Origin: an uncultured Woeseia sp.
GTDB taxonomy: Bacteria > Pseudomonadota > Gammaproteobacteria > Steroidobacterales > Woeseiaceae
Assembly (NCBI GenBank): GCA_937925605.1
Contig: CALALV010000001.1
Coordinates: 1,229 to 65,228 of the forward strand
Length of the DNA: 64,000 bases
Direction of reading: 5' to 3'
The notes under the pieces are model-generated. The model saw only the letters and a list, made by a program, of their open reading frames with translations, had not been told where the DNA came from and made no database searches. Numbering within the stretch: the first letter of the stretch is position 1; every line of letters starts with the position of its first letter. Both the position numbers and the translations under genes were made by a program. Shown in pieces: positions 38,134 through 46,651 of the stretch.

Positions 38134-39882
38134 TCAGGCGCTCTTCAGCGCGTCGACGACGCGGCGGTGTTCCTCGCGCAGCGTCTCCGGCAGGCGGCTG
38201 CCGTAACTCTGCAGGTATTCGCCCACAGCATCCATCTCTGCCTGCCACTGGTCCGGGTCCACGGCCAGCAGGGCCTCCAGGGTCGCCCGATCGATGTCGA
38301 GCTCGCGCGTGTCGATGTCGTCGGCGTGCGGCAGCAGGCCGATCGGCGTCTCGCGCGCGTCGACCCGGTTCTCGCAGCGGTCGATGATCCAGCGCAGCAC
38401 GCGCAGGTTCTCGCCGAAGCCCGGCCACAGGAAACGACCGCCGGCGTCCTGGCGGAACCAGTTGACGTGGAAAATGCGCGGCAGGCGCTCCGAGCGCCCC
38501 TCGAATGACAGGCAGTGTGCCCAGTAGTCCGCGAAGTGGTAGCGACAAAACGGCTTCAGGGCCATCGGGTCGCGGCGCACCACGCCGACGTCGCCGGTCG
38601 CCGCCGCGGTCGTTTCCGAGGCCACGCCGGCCCCGACGAGCACGCCGTGGCGCCAGTTGCGTGCCTCGTAGACCAGCGGCGCGAGTTCCTTGCGACGGCC
38701 GCCGAACACCAGCGCCGATATCGGCACCCCGTCCGGCGCTTCCGCGAGCGTCGAGTAGCTCGGGTTCTGCTTCGCCGACACCGTGAAGCGTGAATTCGGG
38801 TGCGCGGCGGCCCCGTTGCCGGGCGTGTAGTCCTCGCCGCGCCAGTCCACGGCGGGTTCGCCGGTCTTCTTGTCTTCCCACCACGGCTCGTTGTCCGCGG
38901 TCGTCGCGACGTTGGTGAAGATCGTGTCCTGCCGGATCATGTCGTAGGCGTTCTTGTTGGTCTTCGCGTTCGTGCCCGGCACGACGCCGAAGTACCCGGC
39001 CTCGGGGTTGATCGCGCGCAGCCGGCCCTCGCCGTCGAGGTGCAGCCAGGCGATGTCGTCGCCGAGCGTCCAGATTTTCCAGCCGGGTTGCGACGCGGGC
39101 GGGATCAGCATTGGGAGGTGGGGCGTGTGGCGGGCGGACGGGGATGCGCAGGGCGGGTACTGCGGCTCGGCTTGCGGGTTCTCGACGCCGACGCTCAGCG
39201 TGTGCGCTGCCAGCCAGCCTTCCTGCCGGGCCTGCCAGCTGGCGATGCGCAGCGCGTGGCACTTCTTGCCGAGCAGCGCGTTGCCACCGTAGCCGGAGCC
39301 GATGCTCTTGATCGTCAGCTCCTCGGGAAAGTGCATGATGAAGCGCCTTTCCGGATCCAGGTCGCCGGTCGAGTGCAGGCCGCGCACGAAGCGGCCCTCG
39401 CGCTCGATGCGGGCGAGTGCGGCCTTGCCCATGCGGGTCATGAGCCGCATGTTGACGACGACGTAGGGGCTGTCGGTGATCTCGACGCCGAGCCGCGCGT
39501 AGGGCGAATCGATCGGACCCATGCAGTAGGGGATGACGTACAGCGTGCGCCCCCGCATCGCGCCGTCGAACAGGGCGTCGATCTTCTCGTGCGCTTCGGC
39601 GGGCGCCATCCAGTTGTTGTTCGGGCCCGCATCCTCGGCGTCGCGGGTGCAGACGAAGGTCAGGTGTTCGACCCGCGCGACGTCGGAGGGGTCGGAGCGG
39701 TGCAGGTAGCAGTTCGGGTAGCGGTCCTCGTCGAGCCGGACCAGCGTTCCGTCCGCAAGCATCTGCCCGATCAGCTGCTCGTTCTCGGCGTCGCTGCCGT
39801 CGCACCAGTGGATGGCGTCCGGTTTCGTCAGTTTCGCGACTTCGTCGACCCAGTCTTTCAGGCTGTTCAGCGTCGTGGTCAT
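38134..39882 (-). CDS. pckG: Phosphoenolpyruvate carboxykinase (GTP) with a non-canonical P-loop segment
   Basis: [58 protein letters not shown]...FLWPGFGEN. However, the expected AAFPSACGKTN reads [11 protein letters not shown] (39112-39150). Confidence 0.85.
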   Translation of the reverse strand: MTTTLNSLKDWVDEVAKLTKPDAIHWCDGSDAENEQLIGQMLADGTLVRLDEDRYPNCYLHRSDPSDVARVEHLTFVCTRDAEDAGPNNNWMAPAEAHEKIDALFDGAMRGRTLYVIPYCMGPIDSPYARLGVEITDSPYVVVNMRLMTRMGKAALARIEREGRFVRGLHSTGDLDPERRFIMHFPEELTIKSIGSGYGGNALLGKKCHALRIASWQARQEGWLAAHTLSVGVENPQAEPQYPPCASPSARHTPHLPMLIPPASQPGWKIWTLGDDIAWLHLDGEGRLRAINPEAGYFGVVPGTNAKTNKNAYDMIRQDTIFTNVATTADNEPWWEDKKTGEPAVDWRGEDYTPGNGAAAHPNSRFTVSAKQNPSYSTLAEAPDGVPISALVFGGRRKELAPLVYEARNWRHGVLVGAGVASETTAAATGDVGVVRRDPMALKPFCRYHFADYWAHCLSFEGRSERLPRIFHVNWFRQDAGGRFLWPGFGENLRVLRWIIDRCENRVDARETPIGLLPHADDIDTRELDIDRATLEALLAVDPDQWQAEMDAVGEYLQSYGSRLPETLREEHRRVVDALKSA

Positions 39883-40020
39883 ACCGCGTTCCGCTCCCTG
39901 CTCGTGGTTTTTTCCGGTCGTTGTCCCGGCGGGCCTGCAGGCCGCGCAGGGGCGGCATTATTGCAGAGTCCGCCCGGGGTGTCTCGGTGCGTTTTCCCGG
40001 AGCGGGCGAGCGCGCGGGGC

Positions 40021-40060
40021 AAAAAAAAACCGCCAGCGCCGGGGGGGACGCTGGCGGTTT
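40021..40060 (-). terminator. Rho-independent terminator of the phasin gene (bidirectional geometry)
   Basis: The minus strand reads CCGCCAGCG-N10-CGCTGGCGG followed by T9 (the A9 run at 40021-29 on the + strand). It lies 51 nt after the 40111 stop. Confidence 0.75.
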
Positions 40061-40110
40061 CGCCTTGATCACTCGGTCCTTGAGGACCCCGGGGTGATCA
40101 ATACCTGTCT

Positions 40111-40695
40111 TCAGGCGCTGGCGGCTGCCTTGGCCTTCTTGGCGACTTTCTTGGCTTTCTTGCGTGCGGTCTTCTTGGCCGACTTCGCCGTCGAGGCGGC
40201 CTTGGATGCCGCCTTCGACGCCTTGCGGCGCGGTGCCGGGCGCTTGCCGGTCAGCTCGCCGTAGGCGCCGCGAATGACCTCGCGTGCCTCGCTGCCGCCG
40301 TTCGCCAGGATCTTGAAGGACTCGCGCGCATCGCTGCCGAGGCGCGAGAACTGCTCCGGCGTCAGCCGGATCTGGCGGCGGACGAGGTCGCGCAGGCAAC
40401 TGGCGTCGGCCGCCGCGTTGATGCGCTCGGCGAGCAGGTCGAGCTGGTTCGCGGCCATTGCCGTCTGCTGCTTCAGTACGCGTTCGGTGGTGCGGTGCGA
40501 GACGGCCGACAGCTTCAGGCCGACACCGGTCAGCGTGTTCAGCGGCTGCTTGCCGCCGCGGACGGTCTCGGCGGCACGGCGGCCGCCGTCACGGGCGCTG
40601 CTGACCAGGCCCTTCAGGCCGGCGCGGGCACCGGCGGCGATTTCGCCGGCGCCGTCCTCGATCAGTTCTGCGGAATTCTCGAGCTGTTTGTTCAT
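40111..40695 (-). CDS. Phasin-family (PHA granule-associated) protein with a Lys/Ala-rich histone-like C-terminal tail
   Basis: ATG at 40695 with GGAG 9 nt upstream. Helical N-terminal phasin-like region. Tail KRPAPRRKASKAASKAASTAKSAKKTARKKAKKVAKKAKAAASA, as in PhaF-type proteins. Confidence 0.55.
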   Translation of the reverse strand: MNKQLENSAELIEDGAGEIAAGARAGLKGLVSSARDGGRRAAETVRGGKQPLNTLTGVGLKLSAVSHRTTERVLKQQTAMAANQLDLLAERINAAADASCLRDLVRRQIRLTPEQFSRLGSDARESFKILANGGSEAREVIRGAYGELTGKRPAPRRKASKAASKAASTAKSAKKTARKKAKKVAKKAKAAASA

Positions 40696-40710
40696 GGATC
40701 GGGCTCCGTT

Positions 40711-40740
40711 TGTGCGGTGCAACAAATGTTGCGACGCACA
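40711..40740. promoter_or_regulatory. 30-bp inverted repeat overlapping the phasin -10 and start site (candidate PhaR-type operator)
   Basis: TGTGCG-gt-GCAACA-aa-TGTTGC-ga-CGCACA. Both arms contain TGTTGC-N3-GCAC, close to the reported PhbF/PhaR motif TG-N-TGC-N3-GCAA. Confidence 0.4.
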
Positions 40741-40766
40741 ATAGGGCCTCGCGGGGCGGATGTCAA
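40738..40766 (-). promoter_or_regulatory. Sigma70-type promoter of the phasin gene
   Basis: The minus strand reads TTGACA-N17-TATTGT. The predicted start is about 35 nt upstream of the ATG. Confidence 0.5.
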
Positions 40767-40867
40767 GGATTTTTTGACGCAATGCAGCAAAAACGCCGCG
40801 CGCCGGTGCCGATCGGGAAAAATAATTTAAAACAAGGGTTTGCGCGCCGGCTGGCCGGGCGCGGCGT

Positions 40868-41080
40868 TCAGGCCGCGGCCGTCTTCGGGGCGTCCTTGCG
40901 CCAGATGCTGAGCTCGGTCGGGGCCTGGACGCCCATTTTCACGCGGTTGCCGGTCGCCCCGAACACGGTGATCTCGATCGGTCCCTGCGCGAACAGCTCG
41001 GCCAGCGTCAGCTGCGGATCCACCCCGTCGGCCGGGCGGATCAGTATCGATTCGGCGTCCTTGCGGCTGATGATCAGCAT
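40868..41080 (-). CDS. csrA: CsrA-family RNA-binding protein, RsmN/RsmF-like (insertion between beta2 and beta3)
   Basis: MLIISRKDAESILIRPADGVDPQLTLAELFAQGPIEITVFGATGNRVKMGVQAPTELSIWRKD aligns, from memory, with P. aeruginosa RsmN (LILSRREGEGITLSLKADYPAEELIRQLREGGIRILVTDIIGNQARVGIEAPRGVLIVRDE). It starts 33 nt downstream of flgN. Confidence 0.7.
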   Translation of the reverse strand: MLIISRKDAESILIRPADGVDPQLTLAELFAQGPIEITVFGATGNRVKMGVQAPTELSIWRKDAPKTAAA

Positions 41081-41113
41081 GGTTCTGGCCTCGTCCGTGA
41101 GTGCGTGTTTAGG

Positions 41114-41581
41114 TCAGGCTTCCGCGAGCGTTCGCGAAGCCGCGGGCCGTTCAGTGCCCCCGGGGCCGTAGATCCCGGTCTCGCCGCCGGCCAGGACGGC
41201 GAGGGCGCTCGTTACCTGCTGCTGCCGCAGCCGGATCACGGCGCCGTTGGTCAGGTTGGCGCGCTGGCAGTCGTCCGCCACCTTCAGGTAGCGACGCCAC
41301 TGGCGCGCCAGCCCGTCGTCGTCGCCGAGCAGCGCCTGCATGCCGTCGGTGTCGTCGCCGAGGCCGCGCTCCGCGAGCAGGGCCATGCGCCGGGCTTCGA
41401 CAGCCTCGAGCGCCTCGAGCTGCGCGCGTTTCGCCGCCGCGGCCGCCCGCAGCGCGTCGAGGTCCTCGGCCTCCAGCGCGTCGAGCTCGGCGCGCAGGTC
41501 CCCGGCAAGGGCCAGGGCCGAGCGATAGCCGTCGTCCAGCAGCGCGCGCACGACGTCGTCACCTGCAAGCGGTGCCGTCAT
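41114..41581 (-). CDS. flgN: Flagellar export chaperone FlgN
   Basis: 155-aa helical protein directly after flgM. ...CQRANLTNGAVIRLRQQQV... is typical of FlgN. Confidence 0.75.
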   Translation of the reverse strand: MTAPLAGDDVVRALLDDGYRSALALAGDLRAELDALEAEDLDALRAAAAAKRAQLEALEAVEARRMALLAERGLGDDTDGMQALLGDDDGLARQWRRYLKVADDCQRANLTNGAVIRLRQQQVTSALAVLAGGETGIYGPGGTERPAASRTLAEA

Positions 41582-41583
41582 GA

Positions 41584-41913
41584 TCAGCGGTCGAACTCGC
41601 GGTCGAAGCGCAGCAGCGCGTCCGCGATCTTCTCGGCGTCGATGCGGTAGTCGCCGCTGGCGATCGCGGTCTTCACCGCGTCGACCCGCGCAGGGTCGAT
41701 GTCCGGCAGCGACGCCAGGTTTTTCTCGAGCCTTTCCAGCAGCTGCGCGCCTGAGGTCAGCTCCACGGTCTCGCTCTTCGCCGCGGTGCCGCCGGACGGC
41801 TGGCTGTCGACGCGGTGTGCACCGCTCGTCGACAGCGCCTCCTTCGCGCTCCCAATCTTGTCACCTATCTTCGTCAGCATGGCGTTATCCACCGGTTTGA
41901 TCGTGTTAGACAT
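41584..41913 (-). CDS. flgM: Anti-sigma-28 factor FlgM
   Basis: ATG at 41913. The C-terminus IDPARVDAVKTAIASGDYRIDAEKIADALL is the FlgM sigma28-binding region. Confidence 0.8.
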   Translation of the reverse strand: MSNTIKPVDNAMLTKIGDKIGSAKEALSTSGAHRVDSQPSGGTAAKSETVELTSGAQLLERLEKNLASLPDIDPARVDAVKTAIASGDYRIDAEKIADALLRFDREFDR

Positions 41914-41950
41914 AATCCCAACCCTCGGCATTCATTGCTCGTCATGCAGG

Positions 41951-41977
41951 CTATCGGCAGGCCCGGCCGGGACTTTA
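41951..41977 (-). promoter_or_regulatory. Sigma28-type promoter of flgM(-flgN-csrA)
   Basis: The minus strand reads TAAAGTCC-N11-GCCGATAG, 38 nt upstream of the flgM ATG. Confidence 0.6.
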
Positions 41978-42017
41978 ACGAAATCCGCGAAAAAATTTCG
42001 CGCACGCCCCGGGACCC

Positions 42018-42785
42018 TCACGGCACCAGCACCTCGACCAGCTCGGCGGAACGCACGATGCCCTCGACGATGCGGCCCGAGCTCGAATTCTCGACCCGGA
42101 TCCGCTGGTTCAGCGCGCCGTCCATCAGGGCCTTGCCCGCGACCCGGATCCGCACCGCGTCGTTCGCGGCGGCCAGCGTGACGGCCTGGCCGCGGCGGAT
42201 CAGCGTCCTCGCGACCAGCGCCCCCGGCGTCACGACGGCGCCGGCCCTGAGCGAGTGCTTCAGGCGCAGGCCGACGACGGCCGCCGCTTCGGTCGCGTAG
42301 CCGGCCGGTAGCCGCGACAGGTCGCGGCGTTCGACGGCCAGGTCGGACTCGCCGAGCACGTGGCCACGCGGCAGCGGGTGCTTCAGGACCAGCACCTCGC
42401 CGCTCACCGCCAGCGTGACCGGTACGTAAACCTTCCACGGGCGGCTGCCGCTGCAGCGGACGCCGACGACGGTCCGCTTCTGCACCCGCGCGCCGGCGCG
42501 CAGGAATGGCTCGAGAGGCCGGTCGCAGCGCGGCAGGTTGAGCCGCCGGTCGAGCGGCGCCGCCTCGGCTGCGTGCCCGGCCGCGTCGCCGGCCACGAAG
42601 GCCTCCGCCGCGCGCTCGACGTCGGCGAGCGGCTGGCGTTCGGCCGCGATGGCAGCCGCACTTATTAATAGGCAGGCGACGACGCCGAGCCGGGCCGGCG
42701 CGTCGGTTCGGCGACGCCCTGCGGCGCCCGCCGTCAATAAGCCGACGATTCCTGGTCTCGGGCGTTGCTTGTCCGGTCTGCTCAT
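42018..42785 (-). CDS. flgA: Flagellar basal-body P-ring formation chaperone FlgA
   Basis: ATG at 42785. Signal-like LGVVACLLISAAAIAA. C-terminal SAF-type segment GRIVEGIVRSAELVEV. Confidence 0.8.
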   Translation of the reverse strand: MSRPDKQRPRPGIVGLLTAGAAGRRRTDAPARLGVVACLLISAAAIAAERQPLADVERAAEAFVAGDAAGHAAEAAPLDRRLNLPRCDRPLEPFLRAGARVQKRTVVGVRCSGSRPWKVYVPVTLAVSGEVLVLKHPLPRGHVLGESDLAVERRDLSRLPAGYATEAAAVVGLRLKHSLRAGAVVTPGALVARTLIRRGQAVTLAAANDAVRIRVAGKALMDGALNQRIRVENSSSGRIVEGIVRSAELVEVLVP

Positions 42786-42974
42786 GTCTGCGGTCCGCCG
42801 TGCGGCGCGGGCAGCCCCCGTGGCGGCGGGCCTTGCGCGGTGAAAGTCAGCACGTACAGGTGCAATTCGCGTGCCACCAGGCGGCGGGCGCGCGGCCTGC
42901 CGCGCGGGCGGCCGGCGCTCTGCAAGGCCTTGCCGGCCGGGCGGCAAGCGCTTGCCGGGCGGGCCGGTCGGGGC

Positions 42975-43001
42975 GTATCGGCCGCCGGCCGCGAAACTTT
43001 A
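42975..43001 (-). promoter_or_regulatory. Sigma28-type promoter upstream of flgA
   Basis: The minus strand reads TAAAGTTT-N11-GCCGATAC (15/16 to consensus), 190 nt upstream of flgA. Confidence 0.55.
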
Positions 43002-43035
43002 GCGCGGCGCCGCCGCCGCTGGCCTGGACGTGGTT

Positions 43036-43051
43036 TGGCATGGCAGTTGCA
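43036..43051 (+). promoter_or_regulatory. Sigma54-type promoter of flgBCDE...
   Basis: TGGCATG-GCAG-TTGCA compared with TGGCACG-N4-TTGCW, 63 nt upstream of flgB. Confidence 0.6.
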
Positions 43052-43113
43052 TAGTCCCTGTCGCGAGCATCCGGCGCTATCCCCGGTGCAAACGACAGGC
43101 AGGACCGACGGAC

Positions 43114-43503
43114 ATGAAGATTCCCGGATTCGCCCTCCACGAGCAGGCCTTGAAGCTGCGCGCGCTGCGCAACGAGGTCCTGTCGTCGAATATCGCGAAC
43201 GCCGACACGCCGAACTACAAGGCCCGCGACATCGACTTCGCCGCCGCGCTGCGGCAGGCGAGTGCGTCGCAGCCGGCCCTGAAGGCGACGGCGCCGGGGC
43301 ATCTGCAGCCCGCGGGCACGCACGCGACCGGCGCTGACGTCCGCTACCGCGTGCCGACGCAGCCGTCGCTCGACGGCAACACGGTGCAGTCCGACGTCGA
43401 GCAGGCCGCGTTCGCCGAGAACGCCGTGCAGTACCGGGCGAGCCTGCAGTTCCTGGGCGGGACGATTTCGCGCCTGCGCTACGCCATCAAGGGAGGCGAG
43501 TAA
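43114..43503 (+). CDS. flgB: Flagellar basal-body rod protein FlgB
   Basis: LSSNIANADTPNYKARDIDF, and first position in the flgB-L order. Confidence 0.85.
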   Translation: MKIPGFALHEQALKLRALRNEVLSSNIANADTPNYKARDIDFAAALRQASASQPALKATAPGHLQPAGTHATGADVRYRVPTQPSLDGNTVQSDVEQAAFAENAVQYRASLQFLGGTISRLRYAIKGGE

Positions 43504-43916
43504 TGTCATTGTTCAAGGTTTTCGACGTCGCCGGCAGCGCCATGAACGCGCAGTCCGTGCGCCTCAACGTCACGGCGAGCAATCTCGCCAATGCCGGCAG
43601 CGTCCACGGCGATGCCGACAAGGTCTACCGCGCGAAACAGCCGGTGTTCCGCAGCTTCGACGACGCGCTGGCCTCGCAGTCCGGCGTGTCCGGGGTGCGC
43701 CTCGCGGGGATCAGCGAGAGCCAGGCACCGCTCGAGGTCCAGTACCGCCCGGACCACCCGGATGCCGACGAGAACGGCAACGTCTACGTCAGCAACGTTT
43801 CGACGGTCGAGGAGATGGTCAACATGATGTCGGCCTCGCGCTCCTACCAGAACTCCGTCGACATGATCAACACGACCCGCGACCTGCTGCTGCAGACGCT
43901 GACGCTCGGCCGCTGA
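43503..43916 (+). CDS. flgC: Flagellar basal-body rod protein FlgC
   Basis: SAMNAQSVRLNVTASNLANA...; EEMVNMMSASRSYQNSV. Confidence 0.9.
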   Translation: MSLFKVFDVAGSAMNAQSVRLNVTASNLANAGSVHGDADKVYRAKQPVFRSFDDALASQSGVSGVRLAGISESQAPLEVQYRPDHPDADENGNVYVSNVSTVEEMVNMMSASRSYQNSVDMINTTRDLLLQTLTLGR

Positions 43917-43928
43917 GGATAACGACTG

Positions 43929-44594
43929 ATGACCACGATCAATCCTTTCGAGGGCCTGGGCTTCGCGCCGCCGGTGCAGGACGACCGTGAGCGCTCCGAG
44001 CTCGGCCAGGAAGATTTCATGAAGCTGATGATCGCGCAGTTTCGCAACCAGGACCCGTTCCAGCCGATGGAAAACGGCGAGTTCCTGGGGCAGCTCGCGC
44101 AGTTCGGCACCGTGAGCGGCATCGACGAGCTGAACGGCGCGTTCGCCGGCCTGCAGGCGTCGATCCAGTCCGACCAGGCGCTGCAGGCAGCGAACCTCGT
44201 CGGCCGCCGCGTGCTCGCGGAAACCGGCAGCGGCTGGCTCGCCGACGGTGGCGAGCTCAGCGGCAGCGTCGAGTTGACGGCGAGTGCGGGCGCCGTGCAG
44301 GTCGAGATCGTGGACGCGAGCGGGCAGCTCGTACGGCGCCTCGACCTCGGCCAGCAGAACGCGGGCCTCGCGGAATTTACCTGGGACGGCCGCGACGACA
44401 GCGGCGCCAGCGTGCCCGCCGGCAATTACCAGGTCGTCGCGCGCAGCCTGCGCGGCAACCAGGTCGAGAGCGCCCCGGTGCTGCTCGAATCGACTATCGA
44501 CAGCGTCACGCTGGGCCGCGGCGGCGCCGGCCTGACGCTGAATCTCGCGGGCGGTGGCGAGCTGTCGCTGGCCAGCGTACGCCGCATTACTTAA
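43929..44594 (+). CDS. flgD: Flagellar hook capping/assembly protein FlgD
   Basis: LGQEDFMKLMIAQFRNQDPFQPMENGEFLGQLAQF. Confidence 0.9.
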   Translation: MTTINPFEGLGFAPPVQDDRERSELGQEDFMKLMIAQFRNQDPFQPMENGEFLGQLAQFGTVSGIDELNGAFAGLQASIQSDQALQAANLVGRRVLAETGSGWLADGGELSGSVELTASAGAVQVEIVDASGQLVRRLDLGQQNAGLAEFTWDGRDDSGASVPAGNYQVVARSLRGNQVESAPVLLESTIDSVTLGRGGAGLTLNLAGGGELSLASVRRIT

Positions 44595-44637
44595 CGGACA
44601 CGACAGACCGACACGGAATTCACCAAGGAGAACATCC

Positions 44638-45855
44638 ATGCCATTCGCCATAGCACTGAGCGGCCTCAATGCCGCATCGTCGGACCTCGAAGTCACGGCG
44701 AACAACGTCGCCAACGTCAACACGACCGGCTTCAAGGAGTCGCGCGCCGAGTTCGCCGAGGTCTTCGCCGTCGGCACGCAGAGCGTCGGCTCGAGCGCTT
44801 CCGGCAGCGGCGTGCGCCTGTCGCAGGTCTCGCAGCAGTTCACGCAGGGCAACATCGATTTCACCGACAACGCGCTCGATCTCGCGATCGGCGGCGAGGG
44901 CTTCTTCGTCCTGTCCGACAACGGCGCCCGCACCTACAGCCGCGCCGGCGCCTTCGGCGTGGACAACCAGGGTTACGTCGTCAACTCCGACGGCGCCCGT
45001 CTGCAGGCCTACCCGTTTGCCGGCAATGGCCTGTTCAATACCGGTTCGCCGACGGACCTGCAGCTGACGATCGGCGCGAACCCGCCGCAGGCGAGCACCA
45101 CCGCGGACTTCGGCCTGAACCTGCCGGCCAACGCGCCGGTGCCGACGAACCCGGTTTTCGATCCGACCGACCCGTCGAGTTTCAATCACACGACCTCGAT
45201 CACGGTCTACGACTCGCTGGGCTCGGCACACACGGCAACGGTGTTCTTCATCAAGGATGCGGCCGCCAACGTCTGGAACACTCAGTTCGAGATCGACGGC
45301 ACGACCGTTACCGGCACCTCGCAGCTCGTGTTCAACAACGACGGCAGCCTGAGTACGCCGGCCAACGGCCAGATGGCGCTGAACCCGTACACGCCGACCA
45401 CCGGCGCGGCGGACATCGACCTGACGCTCGATTTCTCGACGGCCACTCAGTACGGCAGCGCGTTCGGCGTCAATTCCCTGTCGCAGGACGGCTTCACGAC
45501 GGGCCGGCTGACGGGCGTCAGTGTCGATCCGGAAGGCATTGTCTACGCGCGCTTCACGAACGGCCAGTCCTCGTCGCTCGGCAAGGTGGCGCTCGCGAAC
45601 TTCGTCAACCCGCAGGGCCTGCAGCAGGTCGGCGACACGAACTGGGCCGAGTCCTTCCAGTCCGGCAGCGTGCTGCTCGGTGAAGCCGGCACGGCTTCGT
45701 TCGGCAGCATCCAGTCCGGCGGCCTCGAAGCCTCGAACGTCGACCTGACCGCACAGCTCGTGCAGATGATCACGGCGCAGCGCAACTTCCAGGCGAACGC
45801 GCAGATGATCGAGGCCGCGGACCAGGTGACCCAGACGGTCATCAACATCCGCTAA
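44638..45855 (+). CDS. flgE: Flagellar hook protein FlgE
   Basis: ATG at 44638 after [39 protein letters not shown]; C-terminal LVQMITAQRNFQANAQMI. Confidence 0.9.
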   Translation: MPFAIALSGLNAASSDLEVTANNVANVNTTGFKESRAEFAEVFAVGTQSVGSSASGSGVRLSQVSQQFTQGNIDFTDNALDLAIGGEGFFVLSDNGARTYSRAGAFGVDNQGYVVNSDGARLQAYPFAGNGLFNTGSPTDLQLTIGANPPQASTTADFGLNLPANAPVPTNPVFDPTDPSSFNHTTSITVYDSLGSAHTATVFFIKDAAANVWNTQFEIDGTTVTGTSQLVFNNDGSLSTPANGQMALNPYTPTTGAADIDLTLDFSTATQYGSAFGVNSLSQDGFTTGRLTGVSVDPEGIVYARFTNGQSSSLGKVALANFVNPQGLQQVGDTNWAESFQSGSVLLGEAGTASFGSIQSGGLEASNVDLTAQLVQMITAQRNFQANAQMIEAADQVTQTVINIR

Positions 45856-45883
45856 GGCGGGCATTGGCTGACGGAGCAGGCTC

Positions 45884-46624
45884 ATGGACGAAATGATCTA
45901 CCTGGCGATGACCGGCGCGAAGCAAACCGAATACGCGCAGGCCATCAACAGCAACAACCTCGCCAACATTTCCACGAGCGGCTTCCGTGCCGACCTGCAC
46001 GCGTTCAGTTCGCGCCCGGTCGAAGGGCCGGGCGCGGCCTCGCGGGTCAACGCGGTGGTCGAGGCCTTCGGCACCGACCTGGCGCAGGGCGCCGTCGCCA
46101 CCACCGGGCGCGATCTCGACATCGCGATCAAGGGCCACGGCTTCATCGCCGTGCAGGCGCCCGACGGCAGCGAAGCCTACACGCGCGCCGGCGACCTGCG
46201 CGTGAACTCGGGCGGCCTGCTGTCGAACGGCGCGGGCCACCTCGTGCTCGGAGACGGCGGGCCGGTTGCCGTGCCGCCGAACGTCAGCCTGACGATCGGC
46301 GCGGACGGCAGCGTGACCGTGCAGCCGCTCGGCCAGGGCCCCGAGGCTCTCGTCAACGTCGACCGCATCAAGCTCGTGAACCCGGACGTCAAGCGCCTGG
46401 AGAAGGGCGAGGACGGGCTGCTGCACCTGCCGGACGGCGAGGCCGCGCCGGCGGACGCCTCGGTCACGATCACGGCGGGAGCGCTCGAGCAGAGCAACGT
46501 CAATGTCGCAATGACGCTGGTCAACATGATCGAGCTGTCCCGTCAGTACGAGATGCAGGTCAATGCGATGAAGACCGCCAAGGAAAATGCCGATTCGGCC
46601 GCCCGCCTGCTGCGGATGCCGTAA
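45884..46624 (+). CDS. flgF: Flagellar basal-body rod protein FlgF
   Basis: IYLAMTGAKQTEYAQAINSNNLANISTSGFR; C-terminal LVNMIELSRQYEMQV. Confidence 0.9.
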   Translation: MDEMIYLAMTGAKQTEYAQAINSNNLANISTSGFRADLHAFSSRPVEGPGAASRVNAVVEAFGTDLAQGAVATTGRDLDIAIKGHGFIAVQAPDGSEAYTRAGDLRVNSGGLLSNGAGHLVLGDGGPVAVPPNVSLTIGADGSVTVQPLGQGPEALVNVDRIKLVNPDVKRLEKGEDGLLHLPDGEAAPADASVTITAGALEQSNVNVAMTLVNMIELSRQYEMQVNAMKTAKENADSAARLLRMP

Positions 46625-46651
46625 TCGATCCGGAGTTGAAGGAGTAACGCC

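Noticed and set aside
39100-39160. Compensating frameshifts as the explanation for the aberrant pckG P-loop
   Set aside because: I translated the other two frames of this stretch. Neither gives FPSACGKT-like sequence, and one contains a stop. The anomaly is substitutional, not a frame error.
38093-40399. 768-aa ORF on the - strand overlapping pckG in another frame
   Set aside because: The pckG frame (38134-39882) carries the PEPCK signatures. This frame is Arg/Pro-rich junk that also runs through a terminator and the phasin gene.
42839-42854. GGTGA-aagtca-GCACG as a fourth CRP-like site in the flgA/flgB spacer
   Set aside because: It matches the consensus at only about 6/10 positions and is not palindromic.
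45856-45883. TTGGCTGACGGAGCAGG as a sigma54 promoter for flgF
   Set aside because: The GC dinucleotide is two positions out of register with the -24 GG, so the spacing is wrong.
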